Assembly: GCF_009914755.1 (NCBI RefSeq)
Contig: NC_060929.1
DNA length: 64,000 bases
Origin: the human T2T-CHM13v2.0 reference genome, Homo sapiens
Strand: one strand, 5' to 3'
This document shows positions 15,331-32,624 of the stretch, piece by piece. Each line of letters opens with the position of its first letter. Within the stretch, counting starts at the first letter, position 1. Position numbers and translations under genes: made by a program. The notes beneath the pieces are model-generated. The model did no database searches and was not told where the DNA came from. It was given only the letters and a program-made list of their open reading frames with translations.

Positions 15331-15902
15331 GTAATTTAAGCCAGGAAAGTCCCTAAGAAGATCAACAGATCAACTATGAAGAGAATTTAATAAGTGATAA
15401 TTATATATAAATGTATGTTGCTGTTATATGCTAGCAATAACTAGTTAGGAAAAGCAGGCTAAATGAACGTCTTTTACAAATTTGAATCTCATTTACCCTG
15501 TGATTTGAGGAATCCTTTGGAATTCAGGAAACAAAAACCAAAATCAAGAAGCGCACTAAACTTTTGGACAGTGGAGGAGTCAAACAATGATTAAAAAAAA
15601 AAGTCATCAACATTTCCTAGTATGCACACAGTAAAGTAAAACTCCCTCAAAATTGCCTCAGTGAGTCTAAAGGAGAAAGGAAACCTGAAAGGTTTCTGGC
15701 AAGTAATGGTAAATGGGTTTAAGTTTAAAGAGCTTGTAATTAGTAGCTGAAGGGTTTTTTTTTTCTTTTAAGTGTTACATGTTTTCTTTAGCCTGTTGTC
15801 TATATTCTTTTATTTTAATGCATATGGAAATACCTGTAGATGTTTTATTGTGTTTTCTTGAGAGGTTAGGCCTCAAAACGCTTGGCCCACGTTTTTCTGT
15901 AG

Positions 15903-16069
15903 CAGTGCTTCTTATTTTTGGATGTATATCACGATCACTTGGGGAGCTTTTAAATATTCTGGTACCTGAAACTACTTAAAATCAGAATCACTAGGAGTAG
16001 GACTTAGACATCAGCATTTTTTAAAGTTCCCCAAATGATTCCCTTATGCTGCCAAGTGAAGAACTATTG
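15903..16069. mobile_element. MER5A/B hAT MITE
   Basis: cagtg...atcacttggggagctt...aatcagaatc...gaagaactattg. Confidence 0.65.
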
Positions 16070-17333
16070 TATAAAGATTTGTTGTGACTTTGCTGAGGCT
16101 TCCCTTTCCTCCTTTATTCTTATTGTTAGTTTTAAATGAAATTATATATGTGAATGGCCTACCCTGTACCTAGCAGAAGCCTTGCTTGTGATTGGAGTTT
16201 AGTAAATGTGGATATTGTATTTTGATTCCCATTTAATTGCTCTGAAGATGATTGCATATTGAAACGTGAAGAAATAAGCAGATGTTCTGTTGCTCAGATC
16301 TAGGTTTGAAATAATTACTTTGTCTAATTGCTTGAGTTGTGTTTCTGTCAAGTTTACTCTCAGAGATTTAAATAAAGCACACTGCAGTAAAGGCATACTA
16401 GAGTAAGAATGCCCAAGTAATAATGGTCAAGGACTAATAGAAAGAAAAATAATTATGTCAGGAAACCTAGCTTACAAGGTAATTGCTAAATTGGAATTTT
16501 AATTTGTTCACTGAGACATGTATGTATATACGGTTATTTTTATCTCATGAAGTCTAGATCCCAGTGTTTCTAGACATAGCAATGTAAAATAGTTCCTTTA
16601 CTTACAAGCTGGTCATTTAGAAATTGTATTCCAAGCTTCTCAAAGGACAGATTGGGTTTTACAGTGGGTATAGTTTGATGATTGAGCTTGTATTGCTGCG
16701 CCCTGTTGATTAAGTGGGTTCTGATTGGTATCTGCTGGACTCATACTCTTCATTAAGCCACAGAGTTAGGAGAGTTTATATCCAACAGATCTTAGAAACT
16801 TAGTTATTTTAGATATATTTCAGAAATTGACAGTTATCTGCAGCAAAACAATTAGTCAGAAAAGAAGGGAATTTTTAAACCAAAGATAATTTAATTAAGG
16901 AATTTTTGAAGACCACATGGTTAAATACATTGTTGTAGATCAATTTTCCTTTAAGATTTTTTGGCCTGTTACATACCTAGTGTATTTATATGTCTCCTAC
17001 CAAGTTTCATGGAAAGGAAGCCTGAATATATTATTATTCTTAAAAAATGTTCTACATTTCTAAGTGACAAAAATTAAATTCAAATTTAGCAATTATTTAG
17101 TATTTTTCTAGGATGGAAAACACTTTAGCAAAATTCAATAGGAAATTGTTACCAGAAAGCAGTCCTGATCCAGATCCCAAGAGAGGGCTCTTGGATCTCA
17201 CACAAGAAAGAATTCAGGTTGAGTCCATAGAGTGAAGTGGAAGCAAGCTTATTAAGAAATACAGGAATAAAAGAATGGCTACTCCATAGGCAGAGCAGCC
17301 CCGAGGGCTGCTGGCTGGCTATTTCTATGGGTA

Positions 17334-17635
17334 TTTCTTTCTTTCTTTCTTCTTTTTCTTTTTTTTTTTTTTTTTTAAGACAGAGTTTTGCTCTTGTTGC
17401 CCAGGCTAGAGTGCAGTGGCACAATCTCGGCTCACTGCAGTCTCCGCCTCCCGAGTAGCTGAGTTTACAGGCACATGCCACCATGGCCAGCTAATTTTTT
17501 GTATTTTTCTAGTAGAGATAGGGTTTCATTGTATCATGTTGGCCAGGCCAGTCTCAAACTCCTGACCTCAGGTTATCCACCCGCCTCAGCCTTCCAAAGT
17601 GCAGGGATTACAGGCGTGAGCCACAATGCCCGGCC
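17334..17635 (-). mobile_element. AluS with internal right-arm deletion
   Basis: ctccgcctcc joined directly to cgagtagct; TSD tatgggtatt. Confidence 0.9.
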
Positions 17636-17687
17636 TTTTATGGGTATTACTTGATTATATGCTAAACAAAGGATGGATTGTTCATGA

Positions 17688-18046
<359 letters not shown>

Positions 18047-18415
18047 AGTTCCTCCCCTTTTTAGACTATATAGGGTAACTTCTGGATGTTACCCTATACG
18101 TTACCCTACAAATACCACCATGGCATTTGTAAACCGTCATGGTGCTGGTGGGATTGTCTTTTAGCATGCTAATGCATTATAATTAACATGTAATGAGTGA
18201 AGATGACCACAGGTCACTTTTGTGGCCATCTTGGTTTTGGTGGGTTTTAGCCAGCTTCTTTACCGCAACCTATCTTATCAGCTAGGTCTTTATGACCTGT
18301 ATCTTGTGCTGAACTCCTATCTCATCTTATGACTTAGAATGTCTAACGTCCTGGGAATGCAGCCCAGTAGGTCTCCACCTTATTTTATCCAGCCCCTATT
18401 CAAGATGGAGTTGCA

Positions 18416-18798
<383 letters not shown>

Positions 18799-19619
18799 TT
18801 AAAAAGTGAATAATGACATATGCCACATAACAAGGAAAATGAAAGATTTTGATTCACTAAATTCTTGCTGGGTGAAATTGCTTATTAATGTAGTGAAATA
18901 TAATGGGAAACTTTGTTTCAAGGAATAGAAATCTCAAAAAGAAATTTGTAAGTAGCCCCACAGAAACTAAAATCTTGAACCACTTTAGAAGACTACTTCA
19001 TAGGTTGAAGCATATGTCAAAAGGCTGTCATTACCAACAGAGGGAACTGCTGATACACACTTCAACTAGAACCATTCTGTCTTAGAGTAATAATTTTAAA
19101 ATTAAGCAATACTGAGCCACGTGCTCATTAAAATCCGATGTGTAGACTTTAGAAGTGAATCTGGCTATTAACACTTCATTTATCTGGTGTTACCCCAGAG
19201 TCAGGAATTCTGGGTAATTATCTCTTGCTAATGACTGAAGCTTCTGAAGGTTCCTAATTTTATCTTAACTATTTCAATGGAAATACTTCTTAAATGATCA
19301 CATACTTTCTTAGAAGCCAAGAGCATATGGAAGTAATGGAAAGAGAACAAAACCAGGAATTTTTCCGATCTATATTCTAGTTGTGATGAAGTCATTAACT
19401 TGAGAAAAACTAACCTTGAATGTCATTCAGAGCTTGGAGACATCAGCTTTTATCTCAAAATTGAACACAGGCCTAGCTGCTTAGAAATTCTATTATTAGA
19501 CACTTATATAAGCTAATACATAAGATGAGATGTCAGTTGTAGAGTGGTTTGTCCTTATACCAAATGGCCACAGAGGGGTATACTTTTCTAATTGCTGAGT
19601 CCATTTTTTAGAGTAATCT

Positions 19620-20202
<583 letters not shown>

Positions 20203-20866
20203 CCTGGGTCCAGGTGTGTTTTATGTATATGTATGTATGTGCATACCACAGGGATAGAAGAAGCCAAAATATTTTCTTTTGTCATTGTTATCTTTAAGGA
20301 GTGGACTTCTGGGTTATTTTTCATGAAATTACACTCCTTTTGTTTTCCAAATATCCCAGTGGGAGACGAGGAGTCCCTTTTTTTTTTTTTTCAGCCAGAA
20401 GCATATACAGGAATTTAAATAGTATTGCAATCCAGGGTAGGGCAAACACTGTCTCCTTTCTCGATCCTGAGGGCATCACTGGGTTGCCACAGTGGCCTAC
20501 CCTACCCTATCTTCCTAAGGAGAATGCTGGACAATTGTATTTAAATGTTCTTCAGCATGTTCTGTTTCTTTTAGAATGCTTTCTACTAGGCTTTGATGCT
20601 TTAAATGAATGAGTCCCCCAGCTCTTGAGAAATGCCTGATCAGAAAACATGTTCAGGGGGCGCTAGGGAACTGAAGTTAAGACTAATTGAATGAAATTTT
20701 CTTTGACAGATTTTTCCACCATGAGATTAGTACAGAATCTGTGTGAGAAGAGAGGCAGAAGCAATTTTGTTACTGTAGAAGAGATTACAAAGAACTTTTG
20801 TAAATTGCAGGTAGGAGAGACTTGTTTTGCTTTTTTGACAGTCTTGCTCCTCTCTGTATCCCACAG

Positions 20867-21031
20867 CTGGCCCTGAAGGACCCTGTTCATACAGTGTCAC
20901 TGCAGCAGTTCATCTACGAGAAGCTCAAGGCACAGCAGGAGATGCTAGGAGAACAAGGTTTCCAGTCCCTCATGGAAACAGTGGATACGGAGATTGTCAC
21001 CCAGCTACAGGAGTTTTTGCAAGGATTCTAA
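20867..21031 (+). CDS. IPO11: Importin-11, last coding exon (C-terminal 54 aa plus stop)
   Basis: Polypyrimidine tract and ccacAG acceptor ending at 20866, then LALKDPVHTVSLQQFIYEKLKAQQEMLGEQGFQSLMETVDTEIVTQLQEFLQGF and TAA (21029-21031). I recognise this peptide as the human importin-11 C-terminus. Upstream exons were not found in the window. Confidence 0.93.
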   Translation: MALKDPVHTVSLQQFIYEKLKAQQEMLGEQGFQSLMETVDTEIVTQLQEFLQGF

Positions 21032-22295
21032 GAGCACATGACATGTGGCTGCCTCCCCTTTCAGAAACAAGCTGAGTAACCCAGCCTGCCGTTTGTATGT
21101 GAGAGCCTGCTGAGATGAAGAAATCACTTCATGAAAATAAGCAAAGACCACACATTTTTTACTACAAAATGTAAAGGATAAATGTAAATCCTGCATAACT
21201 AAAATCACAAACCTATTCCTCAAAAGAATTTAATTTTATATTTATGAGGGGGCCCTTCACTAAAAAGTACATGTAAAAGTACATTTGATGACAATAGCTG
21301 CTTAGTTTCCTGTTAAGAGAAGAAACTTTATCTTTTAATTATGTGCTCTTAATATTTGAAGATGAGAGTTAATACCTGAGATGTTTTTCTGCAACCAAAA
21401 TTCATTAAATTTGGCTGCCTTATCCTTTTTTTAAGCTAATGAAACTACAGGTTTGAAAAATGACAAAGCTGTTCAGATGATGCTATTAAAGAAATGTGTG
21501 TACTAAGCAAAAATATATAAATAGTGACAAATACACATTACCAAGCTTATCTTGCAAGGGAGTTATTTTCATCTAACATAGAAAGTGTGTTTTATCAGAC
21601 AAATGCTTTTATTTTCATTCTAATAATTTGATACAGAAATTAGTAAAGGCATTTTTTTCTTTTTTTTTCCAGTAAATACATTGGGTCTATAAATGTGCAT
21701 TTGTAAGGGCCACAAAAGTGAACGTGTGGTACTGTAGTACCACGTGGGAGACCTCTGGTTATGGTTTAGTCCTAGTTCCTTTGTTACTCCTGTGAGCACC
21801 GAGAAGAACTGGGCGACTCCCAGTCCCACCTGTGCTGTGACAGTCCCACGTGGCTATGACAGACTGTTTAGTACTTACCCTTCTCAGGTTCCTCAGTGCA
21901 GGGGTGCATCAGGGCCTCAATAATAGGGGTATACCTGGGAGGATCCAGCAGTAATCCCCAGGGTACTAGGATTACTAGTACTCTGATGGAACTAGTCTTC
22001 CTTCCTTATTCCTCGAACATGCAGTACATAAAAAGGGGAAAAGGAGAAAAAAAAAGCCTTACTTTGTTTTACTTGCCATTTATTGTAAGGAAACTTTAAA
22101 GCATTTTTTAGGAAATACTCAAAAGCAAGGTTGGAAAATGTTTTATCTTTCTATAGAAAGTTGGGTACAGTATGTAACTGCGGGAAACCCACTGCCCCTT
22201 TGTAAGCTGTGGAACCCAAACTGTATGGGGATATTTGATGTTTTCAGAAAGAGGAAGAAAATATGGTCCAAATTAAATTTTCCAAAGATACCTCA
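21032..22295 (+). other. IPO11: IPO11 3' UTR (end approximate)
   Basis: Largely repeat-free AT-rich sequence after the stop codon, ending shortly after ATTAAA at 22272-22277. Confidence 0.7.
22272..22277 (+). terminator. Probable distal poly(A) signal (ATTAAA)
   Basis: ATTAAA with TGTA motifs upstream (about 22201 and 22222) and a T/GT-rich tract downstream. Proximal ATTAAA hexamers also occur at 21404 and 21485. Confidence 0.55.
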
Positions 22296-23799
22296 CCTTG
22301 GACTGATTTGTCTGACTACTTTTCTTGCTCCCCCCAAAAAATGAGTTCTTAAAAATTGCCCAGTGACTTATAGAGAATTTTCTTTTATACTCTAGCTTTG
22401 ATTCTGTGCTAGTAGGTATCAGTATTGCAGGTGGCAAATCCTAGTTACCCTTTTAATTTATCTTCATTTAAAGACAAAAAGCTCCTTTCAAGTGATATTT
22501 CTTTATCAGTATTACTCAGTCCTGAAGACTGATCCAAGAAGAATTTCTTTTTGTTGACTTAATTATTTTCATTTGAAACACTAACTCATTAGTGTTATCA
22601 GAAATTCTCAAACATGCTCATTTTTCAGTTATAGTAAAGTACTCATCCTTCTAATTCCTGACAGATTTCATTATAGTGCCATACCAAATATTACTGAAAT
22701 AGCTACCTTGCAAAAGAAGTAAAAAGCTTATCTCAGGGAAAGAGTTTGCTTCATTTTTAAAACTCACAAGTTTAAATAGGCTTGGTAAATAGCTCAGAAA
22801 AATAATTCATGTATCTTGAATTTCTAAGTGCTCAATTAAGACATAAAGTGTAATTATTGGTTTACAGAATTCTATTCATTAACAGAACTATATAGCAAAT
22901 ATATTAAGTTTAGGACAAACAACTCAGCCAGGCCTCTGGCCTCTGGGTGAACTGTGGCTCCTGAAACAAGGTAATGATCATTTATACTCCAAAAACATAT
23001 TCCTTTTCTATTTATTTTCTATTCCAGAGACTTCTCCCAACCCTCTCACAAAGGCCCATGTGACTAACAATAACATTTGAAAGCTTCCTTATAAGTTGGT
23101 CCCTCCTCTCTCTCCTACTAGTCATTTTAGAGAATCCACATTATTGCATACAATTTTTAAAAAGATACAATTTTTCTTGAAAAATCCTCGCTTTAATCTT
23201 TATTTTACCCATTTCTTTATTCAGTTAGTGTTTATTGAGTTCTGTTTCATGCCATAATGCTGTACCACATTCTGAGATTAGAACAGAGTACCCACCTTCA
23301 TGAAATTTCACAGTTGATTAGGAACACAGACTTGCCGACATGCTGTAAGAAAATAGGGGTTCCAATGGAAGTGCACATTCTAAAGCAGTTGGCCTGCAGG
23401 GGAAGGAGATTGTGTATGAAATAAAATGATGCTGTCACTGTATAATTTGATAGTTATTTAAAAACTGCTCCCTAATGGCATGGTTTGGTGAGGCTACTTA
23501 AGCGTCAGTGGCACTATACTGGAACTGGGTAACTCCCTGACTCCAGACTCGCATCAATTTGGAGTCACTCTAACATAAAAAATCATCAGGTTTTGAAAAT
23601 ATTGGATCTTTGTAGCCTCACGACTAATCTCTAATTCCATGAATTAAAACATAAGGCTCACCTACTAAGGGTTGTTGTCTTTTCTTCTTCTCCAAGTCAT
23701 AAGCCTATTGTATAGAAATTTAAAAGTTGAAGAGCTAGTGAAGGTAAGATGCATGTCATGAAAACCAAAATACTTTCTTCTCCTAACTTTAGAAAAGAA

Positions 23800-24740
<941 letters not shown>

Positions 24741-24742
24741 AA

Positions 24743-25080
<338 letters not shown>

Positions 25081-25332
25081 TGGATAAATTTTTAAAGAGT
25101 TCTTATGGCTCTGGAAATTTCCAGTGGTTATTTTGTTGATTGTTTGTTTGTTTTAACCTGAATCAGAGCTCTTACCACCACCAGCTTGCCTGTTAATTTA
25201 CAGAAGTTCTGCAACTTTCTTTTAACCTAGAAAAGTAGCATGGCTGAACTGGGGAAGAAGTATATTAAACTTGGTTCAAGTTTCATCAGTCTTAAGTCTC
25301 CGAAACTCCTTTATGTTACTGCAAACCCTTTA

Positions 25333-25510
<178 letters not shown>

Positions 25511-26603
25511 GTCATCTCTCCAAGAGTTCTATTTCTCTCTCTCATTTTTAAGTTATGTAGTTCTTTGTGACTTCCAATATAACTTGAACTCACACACCAC
25601 TAAAATGGAAGGCAAACACTGCCTTTTCCATTACCAAAATATCCTTTTTGGATTTGGAAACTTGGCAAAGATGCAGATATGCAGCAATACTTTATCTTTT
25701 TAGTGAGACTCAAATTTGGGCTGAGCTTAGAAACATGCTAGACTTGAGAGCATTACCTTTGAGTGTGGTTAAGGATAAGAAGCAGTACTTATCAGCTGGC
25801 AAAATGAGGAGAAAAAAATAATGATTTCCTTAAATGTGAAGCTTTGATCTTGATATCTTGGTAGGACTGTGACATCTGCTGGAAAAGCAGTTTAAAGTCA
25901 CCTTTTTACCACCTAATAAACTACATTCTATCCCAAACATACCTTAATTATGTGGAATTTGGTGTCCCATGAAGTAGTAAAAACCATTCATCTGGTTGTA
26001 GAGCTGGAAGTTTTTACACAGCTTCATGCTGTTTGAAGTCGAGCTTTAGAGCACTTGTGGGTGAATACCTCAATGTCCTGGAAAGGGTTCTAGCTGTTGG
26101 TCTGAGAGTCTGTTTTTACTTCTGGGCAATTGGACTCCAGCCTGAGGGACTCCTTATGGTCTGAAGCACTGGGATAAAATTCAAAACTGAGAGTTGTTGA
26201 CTACATTTTCTCTTGAATTCTTTCTTACCATATCAAGTGGAAGGTCCCTGATTGGCCAACGATCTTTAACAAGCAAGACGGTTTTGTTCTTTGTTCCAGC
26301 AAATGCTCGCATTTAACTCATCTGGGCCTGTCTGTTGGAATGTATTAGTTAAGTGTGCTTTGAGGAACTGTCTAATCCAGGAAGGAATATATTGGTATTT
26401 GGCGATCCAGCCCTTTTCCCTTCAATGTAAAACATTGATTTTCATGCCACTTTAATGTGCCAGTAGGTCACAAATAGAATGCAAGTAACTGCTAGAACAG
26501 GGAAGAGTCCAGGGAGGCTTAAAGCATTTCTATCTGTCTGCAACTAAGCAGGTGGCTTTAAAGTGGGAAATAGGTCTTTTGGCTAGAAATCTGCTTGTTG
26601 GGG

Positions 26604-26915
<312 letters not shown>

Positions 26916-27674
26916 TGGGGATTTTTATTGTAAGGGTTAGAGCAGAAAAGTCTGGAGATGAGACTGAGCAGACCTGCAAGTGAGCTTTCAGTTTTTCTCA
27001 GTTGCTTTAACCTGAAGTGAGATCAGCATCTCATTTCAAAAGAGGCAGGTCATTTCCACAGTGTTCTGTAGGGCAACTCCAAAGTGACTTTCTTTTCTTT
27101 TTGTAATGAACACTGCAATTTGAGCAAGAGTCTAGAAGAGCAAAACTTTTTGATTGACAGCAAAGTTGTAGCTCAGAAAAGTGCTCACTGAGCTCAGAAA
27201 TGTATTGACAGCCAGGGGAGGAAAGTCTATTGACAGATCTGGAGGTAATCACAAGTTAATGAAGAGCTCTATTTAGGCAAGGGAGGCAGTTTGATTATTT
27301 CTTTTTTGAATTGAAAGGCATATGGCCTGGACTGTCTCTGGCAGTGAAATCAATACCATGAAATGGCCTTTTCCTTTCAGCCTTGTCTGTTCTTAAAGCA
27401 CAATGCATTGAGGAATGCTCAACCAGGTGAGGAAATTCATTGTTTCAGTATATGTACAAGATAAACCTACTAAAGGCCACTCACAATTTGGAAGTATGGA
27501 AACCTAAATTTACTGAAATAATAAATTAGGGACTTGGCTATTTTAGAAAGCTCTTCTTTCAAAAGGTTCTTCGTTATAGTTACTATTTGGACTAAAGGAA
27601 CAAGTTAGACTTTTAATTAACCTTTTTTTTTCTAGTGATAAAATTGCAGAGCAGGAATGGAATCAAGGAGATGA

Positions 27675-28723
<1,049 letters not shown>

Positions 28724-29344
28724 AATATACTTTAAATTATACTTCCTTTAAAAAAATGTTAATGGTTCCCTAAATTTACAATATACATTTTAATCTACGT
28801 CTACCTTCAAATAACACTTCATGTGTAGTGCAGATACTTTATAACAGGGTTGTCCCAATTCCTCTCTCCCAACCCCTATGAAGTTGCTGTCTCTCATTTC
28901 ACTTATTCATGGGTTATAATCATCTAATACATTATTACTGCTATTAAACAGTTACCCTTCAGTTCAAGTAAGAATTTTAAAAATTAAAGATTTGGTTTTG
29001 CCTTTATTTCTTCTCTGACAGTTGTCCTTTCTTTATAGAGATCCAAGTTTGACGTATATCATTTTCCTTCTACTATTTCTTGCATGGCAGGCCTGATGGC
29101 AACGAATTCCCTGTCTGTGTCTGAGAAAGTCTTTTTCCTTAACTTTTGAAGGATATTTTTACTGATACAAGATTCCATATTTTTCTTCTTTCGGCCCTTT
29201 ATTTTCACTTCACACATTTCTTGCTTGCATGGTTTCTGATGAGAAGTCCACTATAATTCTTATCCATGTTCTTCTATAGGCTAAACAAAAATTAAAAATC
29301 TGCCTCTGCCTTCTTTGTCTCTCTTAATTTTTGGTTTCCTACAG

Positions 29345-29666
29345 CAGGGGTCCCCAATGCCCAGGCTGCAGACCTGTACTGGTCAGTGGCCCATTAGGAA
29401 TCAGGCCACATGTCAGGAGGTAAGCAGCGATCATTACTGCCTGAGTTCCGCCTCCTGTCAGATCAGCAGCAGCATTAGATTTTCACAGGAGCTTGAACCC
29501 TATTGTGAACTGTGCATGCAAGGGATCTAGGTTGCATACTCCTTATGCGAATCTAACTGATTATCTGAGGTGGAACAGTTTCATCCCAAAACCATCTCCC
29601 CGCCACCATGGAAATATTGTCTTCCACGAAACCAGTCCCTGATGCCAAAAAGGTTGGGGACTGCAG
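29345..29666. mobile_element. MER1B hAT MITE
   Basis: caggggtcccca...ttggggactgcag termini with 8-bp TSD t(c/t)ctacag. Confidence 0.85.
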
Positions 29667-29932
29667 TTCTACAGTGTAAATCTGATATGCCTAGGTGTAG
29701 TTTGTTTGTTTGTTTGTTTTAGTTTGTTTCTGTTACACTGTTTTTTGGTTTCTAGCATTAGATTACCAGAATTTCCATCTCTGTGCTTACATTATCCATC
29801 TGTTTCTTGCATGTTGCCTACTTTTCCCATTTGAGCCCTTAACAATGATTTTTGAATTCCCTGTCTGGTAAATCCAGCAGCCATATCATATTGGAGTCTG
29901 GTTTTGATGCTTTGATGCTTGCTTGATCTGTG

Positions 29933-30263
29933 TTTTTTTTTTTTTTTTTTTTGAGACGGAGTCTCACCCTGTTGCCCAGGCTGGAGTGCAGTCTCACCCT
30001 GTTGCCCAGGCTGGAGTGCAGTGGCCTGATCTCGGCTCACTGAAACCTCTGTCTCCCGGGTTCAAGAGATTCTCCTGCCTCAGCCTCCCCAGCAGCTGGG
30101 ATTACAGGCGCCTGCCACCACGCCTGGCTAATTTTTGTATTTTTAATAGAGATGGGGTTTCACCATGTTGGCCAGGCTGGTCTCGAACTCCTGACCTCGT
30201 GATCCTCCCACCTCAGCCTCCCAAAGTGCTGGGATTACAGGCACGAGCCACCGTGCCCAGCCC
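29933..30263 (-). mobile_element. AluS with internal 30-bp tandem duplication
   Basis: Alu body; TSD cttgatctgt. Confidence 0.92.
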
Positions 30264-31752
30264 TTGATCTGTCTTCTTACTTGCTTTTTAGCATACCTTG
30301 TAATTTTTATTGAAAGTTGGACATGTATTGGGTAATAGGGACTGAGATAAATAGGCATTTAGTGTGAGGATTTATGTTCATTTGTCTAGGAGCTGGGCTT
30401 TGTTTAGCCCTGTTGGTGTGGTGGTAAGGCACAAGGGAGAGGAGTGTTCTCAATCTTAACGATTAAATCTCAAGTCTCTTAGTGGGCTTGAGTCTCTGGC
30501 CTGGGACCTTCACTTGTGCTTCGTTTTGGAAAGCTTTCCTATCCCCCTCAGGTGAGACAGGAAGAGGAGAAATGGCTGGAGCGAGAGGAGTGCCTTTCCC
30601 CATGGCTCTAGAACAAGCCTAAAGCCTGGTTAAGTCTTTCCCCCGAAGAGTTTATTTTCTTTTATCATTTTTATTATGAAGAAAGCTCTGGACGTATTTC
30701 ATAAGAATCACTCTTCCCCTCCTGCAAGAACTATGATGGCATCTTTCTCTGATCTTCACAATGAGAAACTGGTGGGATTCCTAGAGGTAATGTTCACAAA
30801 ACCAAGAGGCTTTCCCCAAGACTGTTCCCAGAAGTGAGCCTACCAGTTTAGAGATCCAACACTTCTGCTCCAGGTAAGTTGATCTCAGCTTTGTCTCTGG
30901 ATTTGCTGGAGACAGTTTGCAAACTCTGGAGACAGTTTGCCCTGTAATGAGTCCAAGTCATTGGTTTTCAGTTTGTCCAGCTTTTTCTTATAAAAGCAAA
31001 GAGTGACAACTTCCAAGCTTTTTATATGATGAAACTCATACAGGAAGTCCAACGTCTCCATGTGGCCTTCCATTATATAAATAACCTAACCCGAGCATCG
31101 GCAGAGGGAAAATTCCTCCAAAGACTTTTTGTTTCTGAAATAATTTAGAAAGAGCAGTTGAAAAACATAGCAAGAAAAACTTTCTGAGCAAATTACATGG
31201 TCAATTGCTTTTTAGTAACATTTTTTTCTCATTATAAAAGCAACACGTGCTGATGGTAAACAGTTGAAAATACGATAAGGTGTATTGAAGGAAATGTAAT
31301 TTGCCTGCAATCTTACTAAGAGATAACCAGTTAACATTTTGCCGTATTTTATTTTTCATGACTGTGTATAGCTAGAAACACATACCTTTAAAATTGGAAT
31401 CATTACTAGTGTTCTTTTATTAGCCTGTTGTCCTTTTCTTACCTGACTGTAATATTTAACCATTTTCCCATGTCAGTTAAATATTCTTTAGAAATATGTT
31501 TGGAGCATCTGCATAAAAATGTGTTATAAGGGAGTGTCATTATTTAACTGTTACCTGTTTGACAATAATACCACAATGACCATCCTTGTGCATAAATTCT
31601 TGTGTACAGCTCTTAAATTTTTCTTAAAGCTACTGGATACAATTGCTAGGTAAAGAGTTATCAATATTAAGGCGATATTAATATTCTAAGGCTTTTGATA
31701 TATGCCAACTGTGTTTTGGGTGGTAAAGGTCTTCTTGAGAGAGGTGCCCTAA

Positions 31753-32071
<319 letters not shown>

Positions 32072-32259
32072 TCCTAAGAGGTGTTTTAAGAGCCCAGCAT
32101 CACATAGGACTCATATTCTTCTCACCTGCATTTGACACCAGTGGGATGCTTCCTCTGACCACACCTTTTGTTGAGCACAGCATATTTTGTGACATTTGTA
32201 TCATATTATGAGAAATAGTACAGAGGAAAGAATGCGAGCTTTATAATCAGCAACCTGGG

Positions 32260-32618
32260 TGCTGTGGTCAGAATGTTTGTATCCCCCTGAAAACTCATAT
32301 GTTGAAATCCTTACTTCCAAGGTGATGAGGGTGGGAGGTGATTAGGTCATTGGGGTGGAGCCCTCATGAATGGGATTAGTGTCATTCTAAAAGAGGCCTT
32401 AGGGAAACCCCCCCCACCCCTCCCACCATGTGAGAACAGAACAAGAAAGCGCCATGTGTGAGGATGTGAGCCCTCACCAGACACTGAACCTGTAAGTGCC
32501 TTGACCTTGGACTTCCCAGCCTCCAGAACTGTGAGACATAAATTTCTGTTGTTTTTTTTTATAAAAGTCATCCAGTCTATGGTATTTTCTTATATAGTAG
32601 CCTGAAAAGACTAAGATA
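32260..32618 (+). mobile_element. MLT1A-like MaLR LTR
   Basis: gaatgtttgtatcccc...ttggacttcccagcctccagaactgtgag...gactaagata. Confidence 0.8.
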
Positions 32619-32624
32619 CTGGGG

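Larger units (their letters stand above)
28780..31030 (-). mobile_element. Old L1M (MC/MD-type) fragments
   Basis: tctgagaaagtcttt, ttttgaaggata, ggtttctgatgagaagtc and gagtgacaacttccaagct motifs. Confidence 0.6.

Noticed and set aside
20710-20810. Candidate cassette exon (tttgacAG ... CAG|GTAGGA) just before the last exon
   Set aside because: It would leave only a 56-nt intron to the real acceptor, below the usual human minimum.
20822-20866. N-terminal part (MFCFFDSLAPLCIPQ) of the listed 69-aa ORF
   Set aside because: It is the intronic branch-point and polypyrimidine region; true coding sequence starts after the AG ending at 20866.
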